Assembly: GCA_000961585.1 (NCBI GenBank)
Contig: LADN01000053.1
Span: 438 to 64,437, forward strand
Direction: 5' to 3'
Source of the DNA: Peptococcaceae bacterium BRH_c4a
GTDB taxonomy: Bacteria; Bacillota; Desulfotomaculia; Desulfotomaculales; Desulfocucumaceae
DNA: 64,000 nucleotides
The notes under the pieces were generated by a model, which saw nothing but the letters and a program-made list of their open reading frames with translations, was not told the origin of the DNA and did no database searches. Each line of letters starts with the position of its first letter. Within the stretch, counting starts at the first letter, position 1. A program made the translations under genes and the position numbers. Shown piece after piece: positions 8,351-16,355 of this stretch.

Positions 8351-10507
8351 CTATCTCCAGCAGGAGTCAGCACCCCCTGATCCCCCGCTATGCTGCGCAC
8401 CTTTAATTTTATTAAACATCTGCCTGTAGTCCTGCGCCTGCCTTATCTTATCAAACTGCTTACCCAGGCTGGCCGTTTGTCCTTCATTGGTGGAGTGTTT
8501 TTGGTATTGGGCCGATGCGGTGAATTCCATGGCCCTATCCAGCCTCTCCCTGGCCTCGGGCGCCGTCAGGGGCGCTATGGCCCTGGAAACCCTGGATGCC
8601 GTTGCTGCGGCGGCGGCAGCGGTGTTGCCTATAACATTGTCCCCCAGTGCCCTTCTGGCAAGGCTTGCAGTTACACCCGGATCCAACAGCATTGAGTTGT
8701 CAACTATTCCGGAGGCCCCGGCCAAACCCTTTTCCCTTGCCTCCGAAATAAATTGTTTTACACCGTACCCACTACTGTTGACAGCTCTGGAAGCCGACTT
8801 GCCAATGTTTAACCCCGCTTGCAGCCCGCTACCGGATTCCCCTGTGGCAGCCCCCGAAAGCATGCTGCCCGCCATAGCCGCAAAACCCGAAACCCCCAGT
8901 CCCACCGCCCCTCTGGCAAGGTATCCCGCAACACCGGGAACTCCCCTGCCCGGCGCCGAAAAAAACCCTCCTTTCATCTGACCACCAGTTACTCCTTTAA
9001 CCCCCGCACCTCCCTGCGCCCCTCCGGCTGATCCCCCCGCTCCCCCTGCCGGCATCAACCCTGCCGGTCCGCCTTTTTCCCCACCTCCACTCCTTAACAT
9101 ACCTCCCAGTGAGAAAAAGGCCCCCATTCCCAAAGCCGAGCCAATCCCGGCCACAAAGCCTCCCTCGGATAACCCCAGCGCCCCCCGCACCAAGCTGTTG
9201 ATGGCGGGCAAGGTCAGCAGACAAACCAGTGTAACCCAGAAGTCACCACTATATAGAAAACGGATAAAGAATGCCAGGCCTACGGCAAAGCCGGCAGGCA
9301 TGAAAACATAGGAGGCAAATTCCCTGACCCATACGGTTAGGACATTCCGCCTCCCCGGATAAATGGCATTAATTAAAGCGATGGGCAATATTCCTATCAA
9401 AATAGCGATAAATACCTTCCGGACGGCAAACTGAAAGTTTATCACCCCCACTGACAGGCATGCCAGCAAAGCCATAAAGGCCGATCCCAACGATCTGGTT
9501 TCCTCGTTGTATATGGTGCGCAAAACAGACTGGTGAACCTCGTCAGCTATTACACCGTGGCAAAGGGCTACCACTGCCCTGTTTACATCAAAAAAGAAAC
9601 CCAGAAGGTAGGGTCCCAGCTTCAGCAGAAGGGCACACAGCAAAACACCGGTTATATATCCCCTCACCCTGTCGGCGGAACCGGCGCTGGCGGAACTAAA
9701 CAGGGCCAGGGCCCCTGCTATTACAACGGCCACCGCCATGAAAACCGGCGCCGCCTCTTTGGCATGGGTGTAAAAGTCGCTGATCATCTCAAATTCTTTA
9801 ACGTTAAAAACACCCCAGATGAGCTCTTTATTCTTCCCGCTGTCCTCCCGGGGCCGGTAAGAGTCTTTCAGATCAATATCAAATACCAACTCCAGGGGAT
9901 CATACAGACCGGTTACCTTGACCAGCCAGTTTGGCAACGCCATGATCAGATCGGCAGCCATCCTTTCCGGATAGTCTGCCGACTTCCCCTCATCCTTTGC
10001 TCTGTCTCTCCAGGTTATTGCTTTTTTATCGCCCCCCTGATCGGCCTTATTCTGTTCCTCCCCCTTCCTGTCACTGTTACCCTGGGAAACAACCGACCGG
10101 CTTTTAGTCTCAGCCACATAGATATTACCCCTGTTGACCCGGTAGAAATATGTGTGGGAGGGCTTGACATTCTCGTCATACAGCTCAATATACTCCCCGG
10201 AGTTTGCAGGATGGCTGAAAACAACGGGATCCAGCTCCAGATCCCCTATTTTTAACCTTGTATCCCCGGACTTCATTGTATTGTTGATATTGTAGTGCCA
10301 GAAATCAGTCCCCCTGGCCTCCCACCTCTCAACGGAGTAGCCGGCCACTCCCTGCTGGGGCTCCCAGATCACCTTTACTATATTTCTGTCCCGCACAAGG
10401 CCCACCGTCAGATACATCACCGGCCTTCCTGTCTGTGCCCAAGCTGCGGAACATATACCGGCGATGGCGGCAAAAACAATAAGCGCAGCCAGCCTCCTAG
10501 TTGGCAT
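8351..10507 (-). CDS. VirB6/TrbL/TcpH-like polytopic channel protein with N-terminal ectodomain and Gly-rich tail
   Basis: 718 aa. Signal peptide (...SAAWAQ), then a roughly 100-aa beta-rich FN3-like segment ending YFYRVNRG. At least 7 hydrophobic helices, then a roughly 200-aa Gly/Ala/Ser-rich tail. The ATG overlaps the VirB4 stop by 11 nt. Confidence 0.5.
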   Translation of the reverse strand: MPTRRLAALIVFAAIAGICSAAWAQTGRPVMYLTVGLVRDRNIVKVIWEPQQGVAGYSVERWEARGTDFWHYNINNTMKSGDTRLKIGDLELDPVVFSHPANSGEYIELYDENVKPSHTYFYRVNRGNIYVAETKSRSVVSQGNSDRKGEEQNKADQGGDKKAITWRDRAKDEGKSADYPERMAADLIMALPNWLVKVTGLYDPLELVFDIDLKDSYRPREDSGKNKELIWGVFNVKEFEMISDFYTHAKEAAPVFMAVAVVIAGALALFSSASAGSADRVRGYITGVLLCALLLKLGPYLLGFFFDVNRAVVALCHGVIADEVHQSVLRTIYNEETRSLGSAFMALLACLSVGVINFQFAVRKVFIAILIGILPIALINAIYPGRRNVLTVWVREFASYVFMPAGFAVGLAFFIRFLYSGDFWVTLVCLLTLPAINSLVRGALGLSEGGFVAGIGSALGMGAFFSLGGMLRSGGGEKGGPAGLMPAGGAGGSAGGAQGGAGVKGVTGGQMKGGFFSAPGRGVPGVAGYLARGAVGLGVSGFAAMAGSMLSGAATGESGSGLQAGLNIGKSASRAVNSSGYGVKQFISEAREKGLAGASGIVDNSMLLDPGVTASLARRALGDNVIGNTAAAAAATASRVSRAIAPLTAPEARERLDRAMEFTASAQYQKHSTNEGQTASLGKQFDKIRQAQDYRQMFNKIKGAQHSGGSGGADSCWR

Positions 10508-12497
10508 CGACCGGAGCCCCCCTTAAAATCCCAACCACATCGTTGGGATCACTGGTAAACATCATGTACTCCCTGGGTGTATGGGTTATATTGATAAGGG
10601 CGGAGTCGTTATCAACCTTAATAATTCCCTGCCCCTTCCTAAAAAGTAAAGTGCAGGCCGCCTCACCCTCACTGAGGTTGAATTTTTCCTGCACCGCCTC
10701 AATATCAACGCTGTCCTGCTTTAATAAAATTTTCGTGGTAGAATTTTTAAGAACTCCAATTCCCTGCTCAACTCTCAGGAAGACCTCAAAACCCTGGGTG
10801 GCGCTGCACATGGAAATATTCTTTTTCCTGGCCCGGCGAAAAGCGTTTTCCATCCACCCGGCCAGTTCGGGGACACTTTTATCCATTATTAGCTGAGATT
10901 CGTCGGTTACAATCATTTTCAGAATGGATCGGTCACTGCCAAATATCTCCCAGGTCCACTTGGTGGCTATAAAAAGACCCAAAGGCCTCAATATCTCCTC
11001 ATCCAGGTCGGCCACACAGATTGTAAAGGCCTGGCACCTGGATATATCCACGTTTGACTGGCAGTCAAATATGGAATTTGACCTGGAACCTCCATACCTG
11101 GTGAAGGTTTCAAGAATATCCGAGGCCTTTGCCAGCTCAGGCTCTTCCCGCATTAAATTATAGAGGTCGGAAAGCTCCGGCATTGTTTTCTTACGCCTCT
11201 CCATATGAAATACAGAGTCGACCGGTTCCTCCGTTTCATACAAATCATCAAGGTCTTCGGTTATTCCTTTATCACTGTATAATTTTTTAATCAGGCACTC
11301 AATTTTTATCTTCACGTTTCCGGTGAGAATCTCATCCCTGTTGTCATAGCCCCTGATCATCCTGAAAACCACCGCTCTTACAGCCTTTACAGTTTCCTCC
11401 ACATTGACCCTTACCTTCCCGTCCTCATCCTCGGACTCGTAAAGGTCAAACATATTGATCCTGTGACGGCTGTAGGGCGAAAGCTCGATATGGGGAAAGC
11501 CCAGGGCGCACATCAGATTTCTGTATTCTTTTTCGGGCGCCGGGTCCACAATGGCCACCCTTACATCCTTGTACCCCGACTGGGTTAAAATGGGTGTCAC
11601 CAGCAGCCTGGCCACCATCAATTTGATTAAAAAACTCTTACCAAAGCCCGACCTGCCAAAAATAACAATATTGTAATTACCATTGTTATGGTGCCACGGA
11701 TTAAAAAAAACCAATTTCCCCAGGTTGTCCTCACCAATCACAATACCGCTTTTATGCCTTATCCCCCCCGCCCCAAAGGGAAACCAGTCAGCCAGATTGG
11801 AGGCCTCGGCGTTCCTGAAGGGATAATTTATCCTGCCGGGGTCCAGCGGGGTCATATTCAATAAAGCTGTCAGATGATTACCATCGGCAGGCCGTAAAAC
11901 AATACCCTTACCGGCAAAGCTTTTCACCAGCATGTTGCAAAAACGGCCGAAAACATCTATATCAGTGGCCGAGGCCAGCACCTGCACCGCTGTATTCATA
12001 ATGGACTCATCCCCGGAGACCAGGTTTACGTGCTGGCGCTGAAGATCCTGGATCTCCCTGATAATTCTCTGCTTCCTGGCCGGATTTGGCTCTTCCTTAT
12101 AGGCCACCTCTTTCTGGGCTATTTTTTGCTCCAGGTTCCACATGGTCCTCTCGGGGTCGGTGGGCGTAACATGAATGGCCACATCGCAGTCGGCTTCACC
12201 AAAATCACCGGCTAAAAGGCCGTTCAACATTCCGGCCTGGGTATAGCTGGTGGTCAGGGCGGCATAAAAGTTGCGAAAATACCTGGCCATCTCGGTGGTG
12301 CTTCCAATTTCCACGTAATAGTCACCGGTTCTTTGACCAAGGAGGTTTTTATCTCCCGGGATTATTTCCCTTATAACAGAAGGAGCCATAAAATCCCTGT
12401 AATTGGCCGCACCCATCACTATGTCAGGCTGCTCCTTGCCCGGGGGCTGGTTTCCGGGCACTCTGACTTCTCCGGTCTTTCTCTTCCAGAACTTCAT
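10497..12497 (-). CDS. virB4: VirB4/TrsE/TcpF-family type IV secretion ATPase
   Basis: 666 aa. Walker A GRSGFGKSFLIKL, Walker B MIVTDESQ, RKKNISMCSATQ motif. The N-terminal domain pattern (APSVIREI...DYYVEIGS...YFRNFY...GMLNGLL) resembles Gram-positive VirB4s. GGAGGG lies 8 nt upstream of ATG 12497. Confidence 0.85.
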   Translation of the reverse strand: MKFWKRKTGEVRVPGNQPPGKEQPDIVMGAANYRDFMAPSVIREIIPGDKNLLGQRTGDYYVEIGSTTEMARYFRNFYAALTTSYTQAGMLNGLLAGDFGEADCDVAIHVTPTDPERTMWNLEQKIAQKEVAYKEEPNPARKQRIIREIQDLQRQHVNLVSGDESIMNTAVQVLASATDIDVFGRFCNMLVKSFAGKGIVLRPADGNHLTALLNMTPLDPGRINYPFRNAEASNLADWFPFGAGGIRHKSGIVIGEDNLGKLVFFNPWHHNNGNYNIVIFGRSGFGKSFLIKLMVARLLVTPILTQSGYKDVRVAIVDPAPEKEYRNLMCALGFPHIELSPYSRHRINMFDLYESEDEDGKVRVNVEETVKAVRAVVFRMIRGYDNRDEILTGNVKIKIECLIKKLYSDKGITEDLDDLYETEEPVDSVFHMERRKKTMPELSDLYNLMREEPELAKASDILETFTRYGGSRSNSIFDCQSNVDISRCQAFTICVADLDEEILRPLGLFIATKWTWEIFGSDRSILKMIVTDESQLIMDKSVPELAGWMENAFRRARKKNISMCSATQGFEVFLRVEQGIGVLKNSTTKILLKQDSVDIEAVQEKFNLSEGEAACTLLFRKGQGIIKVDNDSALINITHTPREYMMFTSDPNDVVGILRGAPVDAN

Positions 12498-13293
12498 AAT
12501 CCATACCCTCCAAAAAAAATTGTGGTGTATCCGAGGTCATGAAAATGGAAAAAATATCCTCCCTGTCAGCATCGGAAATACTGAAATGGGGTGCCAGATC
12601 CCGGTTAAAGGTGCTGTAAATCATGTCCAGAACCTCCTGCCTATTCAGATTCCTGGAGACAATATCCATTCCCTCCAGCGCGGAACTGACCACCCCTCCC
12701 ATGATCCTCAGCTCATCCACCGCCATCCTGCGCAGATCCCTTTCCGGAATACCCGACTTCTGAAGCCCCGACAAAGAGGAAAGGGCATTATTCAACAATG
12801 GATTACCGGTCTTTACACCGCTCTCTATACCCTTTGAAGCTGAATCAATCTTTAGTATTATGTAGCACCTGCGATCCCTGTTCTGCCTGTTTTCCGATTT
12901 TTTCTCCAGCCACTGGGACAGCTCATAACCATATTCCCTTAACAGCGGTATTTTTTTGCCCGAACAATCTTTAATGCTGTCAAGGTAATCCCTTAAATCC
13001 AGAAAACGGGTTTCTATTTTAAGAGCGTAGGGAATGTTTATGGTCTGTACCAGATTCCTAAATCCCAGCCACAGGCTTTGCCGCTCCTTAAAGGATTTAA
13101 GGCTTTCATTTACCGGCTCCACCTCCACCACCAGTCTGAATCTTAACCCGGGCAGCTCTATGATACCGTCCGGGTATATTTCCCTGTAGCTCAAAAGATC
13201 CTGGCAGGTAACAGCCTTTTTTTCCTTTTTCATGCCGAAGATCAAGAAATACAGGCAGGCGATAACTCCTGAAAAGAATAAGAGATCGGCCAC
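12424..13293 (-). CDS. Membrane-anchored T4SS-associated protein (unknown; soluble part resembles a VirB4 N-terminal-type domain)
   Basis: The ORF is open from 13422. I prefer the GTG at 13293 because GGGAGG sits 9 nt upstream and it follows the PrgI-like stop by 1 nt. That start gives 289 aa with an N-terminal TM (LLFFSGVIACLYFLIFG). The 3' end overlaps virB4 by 74 nt. The function call is weak. Confidence 0.4.
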   Translation of the reverse strand: MADLLFFSGVIACLYFLIFGMKKEKKAVTCQDLLSYREIYPDGIIELPGLRFRLVVEVEPVNESLKSFKERQSLWLGFRNLVQTINIPYALKIETRFLDLRDYLDSIKDCSGKKIPLLREYGYELSQWLEKKSENRQNRDRRCYIILKIDSASKGIESGVKTGNPLLNNALSSLSGLQKSGIPERDLRRMAVDELRIMGGVVSSALEGMDIVSRNLNRQEVLDMIYSTFNRDLAPHFSISDADREDIFSIFMTSDTPQFFLEGMDYEVLEEKDRRSQSARKPAPGQGAA

Positions 13294-13294
13294 C

Positions 13295-13624
13295 TCAATC
13301 ACCCTCCCGGCGGTATACAAATATCCGTCTTCTAAACCTGGAGGAAAGCTTATCAAACAGGCTGGGCGCCATAATCCTGCCGGTGACGTTATCCTCCAGA
13401 AATACCAGGGCAGCCGCCGCATAAAGCGGTATTCCCTGGTGAAAATGCCTCAGCATAAAATTATCAACAGGCAAATCGGGAATAACTCTGGACAGCTCGT
13501 AGCTCAGTTTGCCTGCGGCCATGACAACCAGCAGCTGAATCAAAGTCATGCCGAAAATAAACCTTTCGGCACTGGTTTTCTGTATAAGAGGATGCCTGTC
13601 TCCGTACAAAAATGTCACCTCCAA
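13295..13624 (-). CDS. PrgI/VirB3-like small membrane protein
   Basis: About 105 aa. ERFIFGMTLIQLLVVMAAG plus a second hydrophobic helix and a basic tail, as in PrgI-family proteins that precede VirB4 in Firmicutes elements. The start is uncertain (TTG 13624, GTG 13618 or TTG 13609 after GGAGG). Confidence 0.5.
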   Translation of the reverse strand: MEVTFLYGDRHPLIQKTSAERFIFGMTLIQLLVVMAAGKLSYELSRVIPDLPVDNFMLRHFHQGIPLYAAAALVFLEDNVTGRIMAPSLFDKLSSRFRRRIFVYRREGD

Positions 13625-13630
13625 CAGAAT

Positions 13631-13708
13631 AACCGCCTATCGGCGGTGCCGTCTTGCAGACGGCGGAATCCAGAATCCAGAAGCCAGAATCCAGAATAGT
13701 GACAGCAA
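13631..13708. repeat. Mosaic intergenic repeat, copy 1 (hairpin module + CCAGAAT heptamer array + GTGACAGC linker)
   Basis: Hairpins CCGCC-TATC-GGCGG and GCCGTCT-TGC-AGACGGC. Then CCAGAAT/CCAGAAG x4 (13670-13697), then AGTGACAGC. A 30-nt block, TGCCGTCTTGCAGACGGCGGAATCCAGAAT, is identical to 16778-16807. Confidence 0.85.
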
Positions 13709-13810
13709 TGTTACATAATACAACATGACGGGATAATCGGGCTTCGCCCGATGCGCCTTACATCCCCAGGCTTAAAAGCCGGGGCTTTACGGCGCATTTG
13801 GGTAATTCAG

Positions 13811-14248
13811 CTATTTAACGATATCATTGAGTGGGACATTCAAAATATCCAGCACGAAAGCCACTATTGCCTCTGCCTTGTATACCAGCACCGCTGAAAG
13901 GGTGGCTGTTACTCCGCCCCCTTTGATGATCTCAACCTTCCTGGAATCCCTTAGCCCGCCCCCCGCAGCCTGAACTCCCATAAACAAAACCGCAATGGCA
14001 AAGAAAGTGATAAACAGCGTCCTGACGGAATTAACTATGCTCCCTCCTATTTTGCCCACCTGATTTTTCAATTCATCAGCACCCTGACTGCTAACCCCCT
14101 TGGACAGGTCATAGTCGGCTTTCTGACTGGAAGTTTCTGCCTGGGCAGGATCTATTACTCCCTGCATTGTTAAAAGAGGCATTATCGATACAATCATGAT
14201 GAAAAGCATAAAGGCAGCTGTATACGTTGGATTAAGCCTGATATTCAT
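13811..14248 (-). CDS. Small secreted/membrane protein, candidate VirB2/TrbC-like T4SS pilin
   Basis: 145 aa. N-terminal signal/anchor (...DPAQAETS), then two hydrophobic helices split by a short charged loop (LFITFFAIAVLFMGVQAAGGGLRDSRK...VTATLSAVLVY). This is VirB2-like topology, called by architecture and position only. Confidence 0.35.
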   Translation of the reverse strand: MNIRLNPTYTAAFMLFIMIVSIMPLLTMQGVIDPAQAETSSQKADYDLSKGVSSQGADELKNQVGKIGGSIVNSVRTLFITFFAIAVLFMGVQAAGGGLRDSRKVEIIKGGGVTATLSAVLVYKAEAIVAFVLDILNVPLNDIVK

Positions 14249-14290
14249 TGGGACACCCCCATAAATGTTTAATAAGGATCATGGTTAATG

Positions 14291-15499
14291 TCAGTGTCCG
14301 TAAAGGACTTGACTTATAACCTTCATCTGGTATTTGCTTACAAGAAATATCGACCTTCCATTTTCCGGCAGGATATCCTGCCTCAGATACTGTATCTCTC
14401 TGCTGCGTCTGCCCCTTATAACATCCTCCTGCTGATGGGCGATCATTTTCTCAAGCCTTTCTATCTCCTTCTCCAACCCGGGGTACCTGTATGTATACAC
14501 CGGCTTCAGCATTAATCTTTTCAATAGCCAGCGACACTGGGACTGCTGCTCCCTGGTCAGGGTCAGAGGAAAAAGGCCATTTCTCCCATCCTCAATTATG
14601 GGCCTGTTCCGATTGTGGCAATTGTAATGATAGCAAGCCGTTCCGTAGTAAATCACACGGTTGCGGAATACCGCCTTCTCCCGGTGTTTTCTCTTGCCTT
14701 CGGTATTTTTCACATACCCTTCACCGGTCTCCCCTTCCCTGATCATGTTAATCCAACTTACATCGTTTACTTTTTTCAGCAGAAGATCTCTTTCGGTGGG
14801 ACCGTATGGGTTTATTCTTAAATACTTAATCAATGAAAAAAGTTCATTATAATAAAGCTGCCTTTCCCTTTCAATCTCCTCCAGCCTTTCAACTGAAATA
14901 CCGGTATCTTTAGACAACCGGGCATTTGTAATTTGCATCAGTTCCATGGCCTCACTGATTATAATGAAATTTATACCAACTGGTGTTTTTTCGGTGTCAA
15001 TTTTTGTGATACAATTATCGTCAAAAAAGATATTTTTTTTAATAATTTTTCTTTTTGCCCTCTGGTGGGTTTTTCTTATGGCAATAACGCTTTTTCCGGT
15101 TAACCCTGAGATTTCCCCTATGGAAATCCCCTTTTTAACATGCTCCAGCACAAAGAGTTCAGATGCTGAAAGATCTTCCTGATGATTTACCATCAGTTCC
15201 CTGAAAAAGTCATCACAGCAGGCTGCAGTTTCACCGTTGTGGTATAAAAGGGCAGACTTATCACCAGTCATCAACGGGACATATTTATTGATGAATTCCC
15301 TTGACTTACCCCTTATAACCGAGTATACCTGCCTTACCTGTTTTTCTGAAATAGAAAGCATACTTGATATTTCTCTGGTACCGTAATTGAAAGCAAGATC
15401 ATAAACTTTCCGCTGCTGTTTGCTGAGCATGAATAAGGGCACCGGGGGCAAAGTTTCCCGTCGCCTTCCCAAGTTATACCTCCTTTCAGCATGTTTCAC
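14291..15499 (-). CDS. Multi-HTH transcription regulator (two sigma-70 region-4/LuxR-like HTH modules plus an XRE-like HTH)
   Basis: 402 aa. LSKQQRKVYDLAF..REISSMLSISEKQVRQ and LSASELFVLEHVKKGISIGEISGLTGKSVIAIRKTHQRAKRK look like sigma-70 region-4-type HTHs. LMQITNARLSKDTGISVERLEEIE is XRE-like. It is co-directional with the T4SS/Tad string, 42 nt upstream of it. Confidence 0.5.
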   Translation of the reverse strand: MKHAERRYNLGRRRETLPPVPLFMLSKQQRKVYDLAFNYGTREISSMLSISEKQVRQVYSVIRGKSREFINKYVPLMTGDKSALLYHNGETAACCDDFFRELMVNHQEDLSASELFVLEHVKKGISIGEISGLTGKSVIAIRKTHQRAKRKIIKKNIFFDDNCITKIDTEKTPVGINFIIISEAMELMQITNARLSKDTGISVERLEEIERERQLYYNELFSLIKYLRINPYGPTERDLLLKKVNDVSWINMIREGETGEGYVKNTEGKRKHREKAVFRNRVIYYGTACYHYNCHNRNRPIIEDGRNGLFPLTLTREQQSQCRWLLKRLMLKPVYTYRYPGLEKEIERLEKMIAHQQEDVIRGRRSREIQYLRQDILPENGRSIFLVSKYQMKVISQVLYGH

Positions 15500-15589
15500 G
15501 CTTAAGAAACATTTTATACTGACATATACTTATAGTCAACAGATTTTTAAAATATTTTAAACATTTTAGGCTTCCCATTGCAGCAGTAT

Positions 15590-15621
15590 AGTTTCTTCTG
15601 TGTGCAACAGAATGATATAAT
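15590..15621 (+). promoter_or_regulatory. Candidate extended -10 promoter for the XRE repressor gene
   Basis: TGATATAAT (15613-15621) lies about 20 nt upstream of ATG 15640. The -35 is poor. It sits in the 140-bp divergent region, which also contains the palindromes GTTTC-N8-GAAAC and AAAATATTTT. Confidence 0.35.
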
Positions 15622-15639
15622 AACACATGAGGTATACAT

Positions 15640-16347
15640 ATGAATGAGATGCATGCGAACGGATCCCAAATAGCCGCAAAAAGAAAAATAATGCTTTTGT
15701 CCCAAAGGAAAGCGGCCTCTCTTATAGAAAAGATGTATGGCGTAAAACTTTCCCACTCATACCTTTCGCTTATTGAGAGAGACAAGATTCAGTCATTCAG
15801 CACAGATTTAAAAAACGCCCTGGAGGATTTTTTCGGCCTTTCCCCGGCGGGACACGGCCACACTCCTAAAGGTGATGAAGCGATATCGCCTTTAGGAGTG
15901 AAGGAAGTCGTCATACCGGTACACCGTCTCCCTCTCTATGAAAAAAGAAAAGCAACGGGCTACCTGGATATTGCCGGGCCCCTACTGGCCGACTTTGCAG
16001 TTACCGTGACCTCGGATAAACCGGAAATGGGAATTTTCTGCGGGGATGTTTTAATCTGCAGAAAGGCAAAGGCCGGTGCTGGAGACCTGTTGGCAAAAGA
16101 AGACGCCGCCGGTTTTACCTGCAGCTATAACCTCCGGGATCTTCCGGATGCAGTGGGAACAGTGGTGATGATAATCAAAAAATCCGTGGGGGCAAGTCAC
16201 AGCCAGGCCGCTCACACCGCCGCAGCCGCTGTAATGGATGAAGAACTGCTGGTTAAAGAGCTGTCCAGGAGGACGGGAATCAGTAAAATGGACCTGCTTC
16301 GCTCACTGAAGATCTTAAAAAATTTCAAACCAGAAGACGGGAGTTAA
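15640..16347 (+). CDS. XRE-family HTH repressor with a degenerate LexA/CI (S24-like) C-terminal domain
   Basis: 235 aa. N-terminal HTH LSQRKAASLIEKMYGVKLSHSYLSLIERDK. The central GIFCGDVLICRKAKAGAGDLLA resembles the S24 beta-core, but the GDSM catalytic Ser context is absent. It is divergent from the multi-HTH gene. Confidence 0.5.
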   Translation: MNEMHANGSQIAAKRKIMLLSQRKAASLIEKMYGVKLSHSYLSLIERDKIQSFSTDLKNALEDFFGLSPAGHGHTPKGDEAISPLGVKEVVIPVHRLPLYEKRKATGYLDIAGPLLADFAVTVTSDKPEMGIFCGDVLICRKAKAGAGDLLAKEDAAGFTCSYNLRDLPDAVGTVVMIIKKSVGASHSQAAHTAAAAVMDEELLVKELSRRTGISKMDLLRSLKILKNFKPEDGS

Positions 16348-16355
16348 GAACATAA

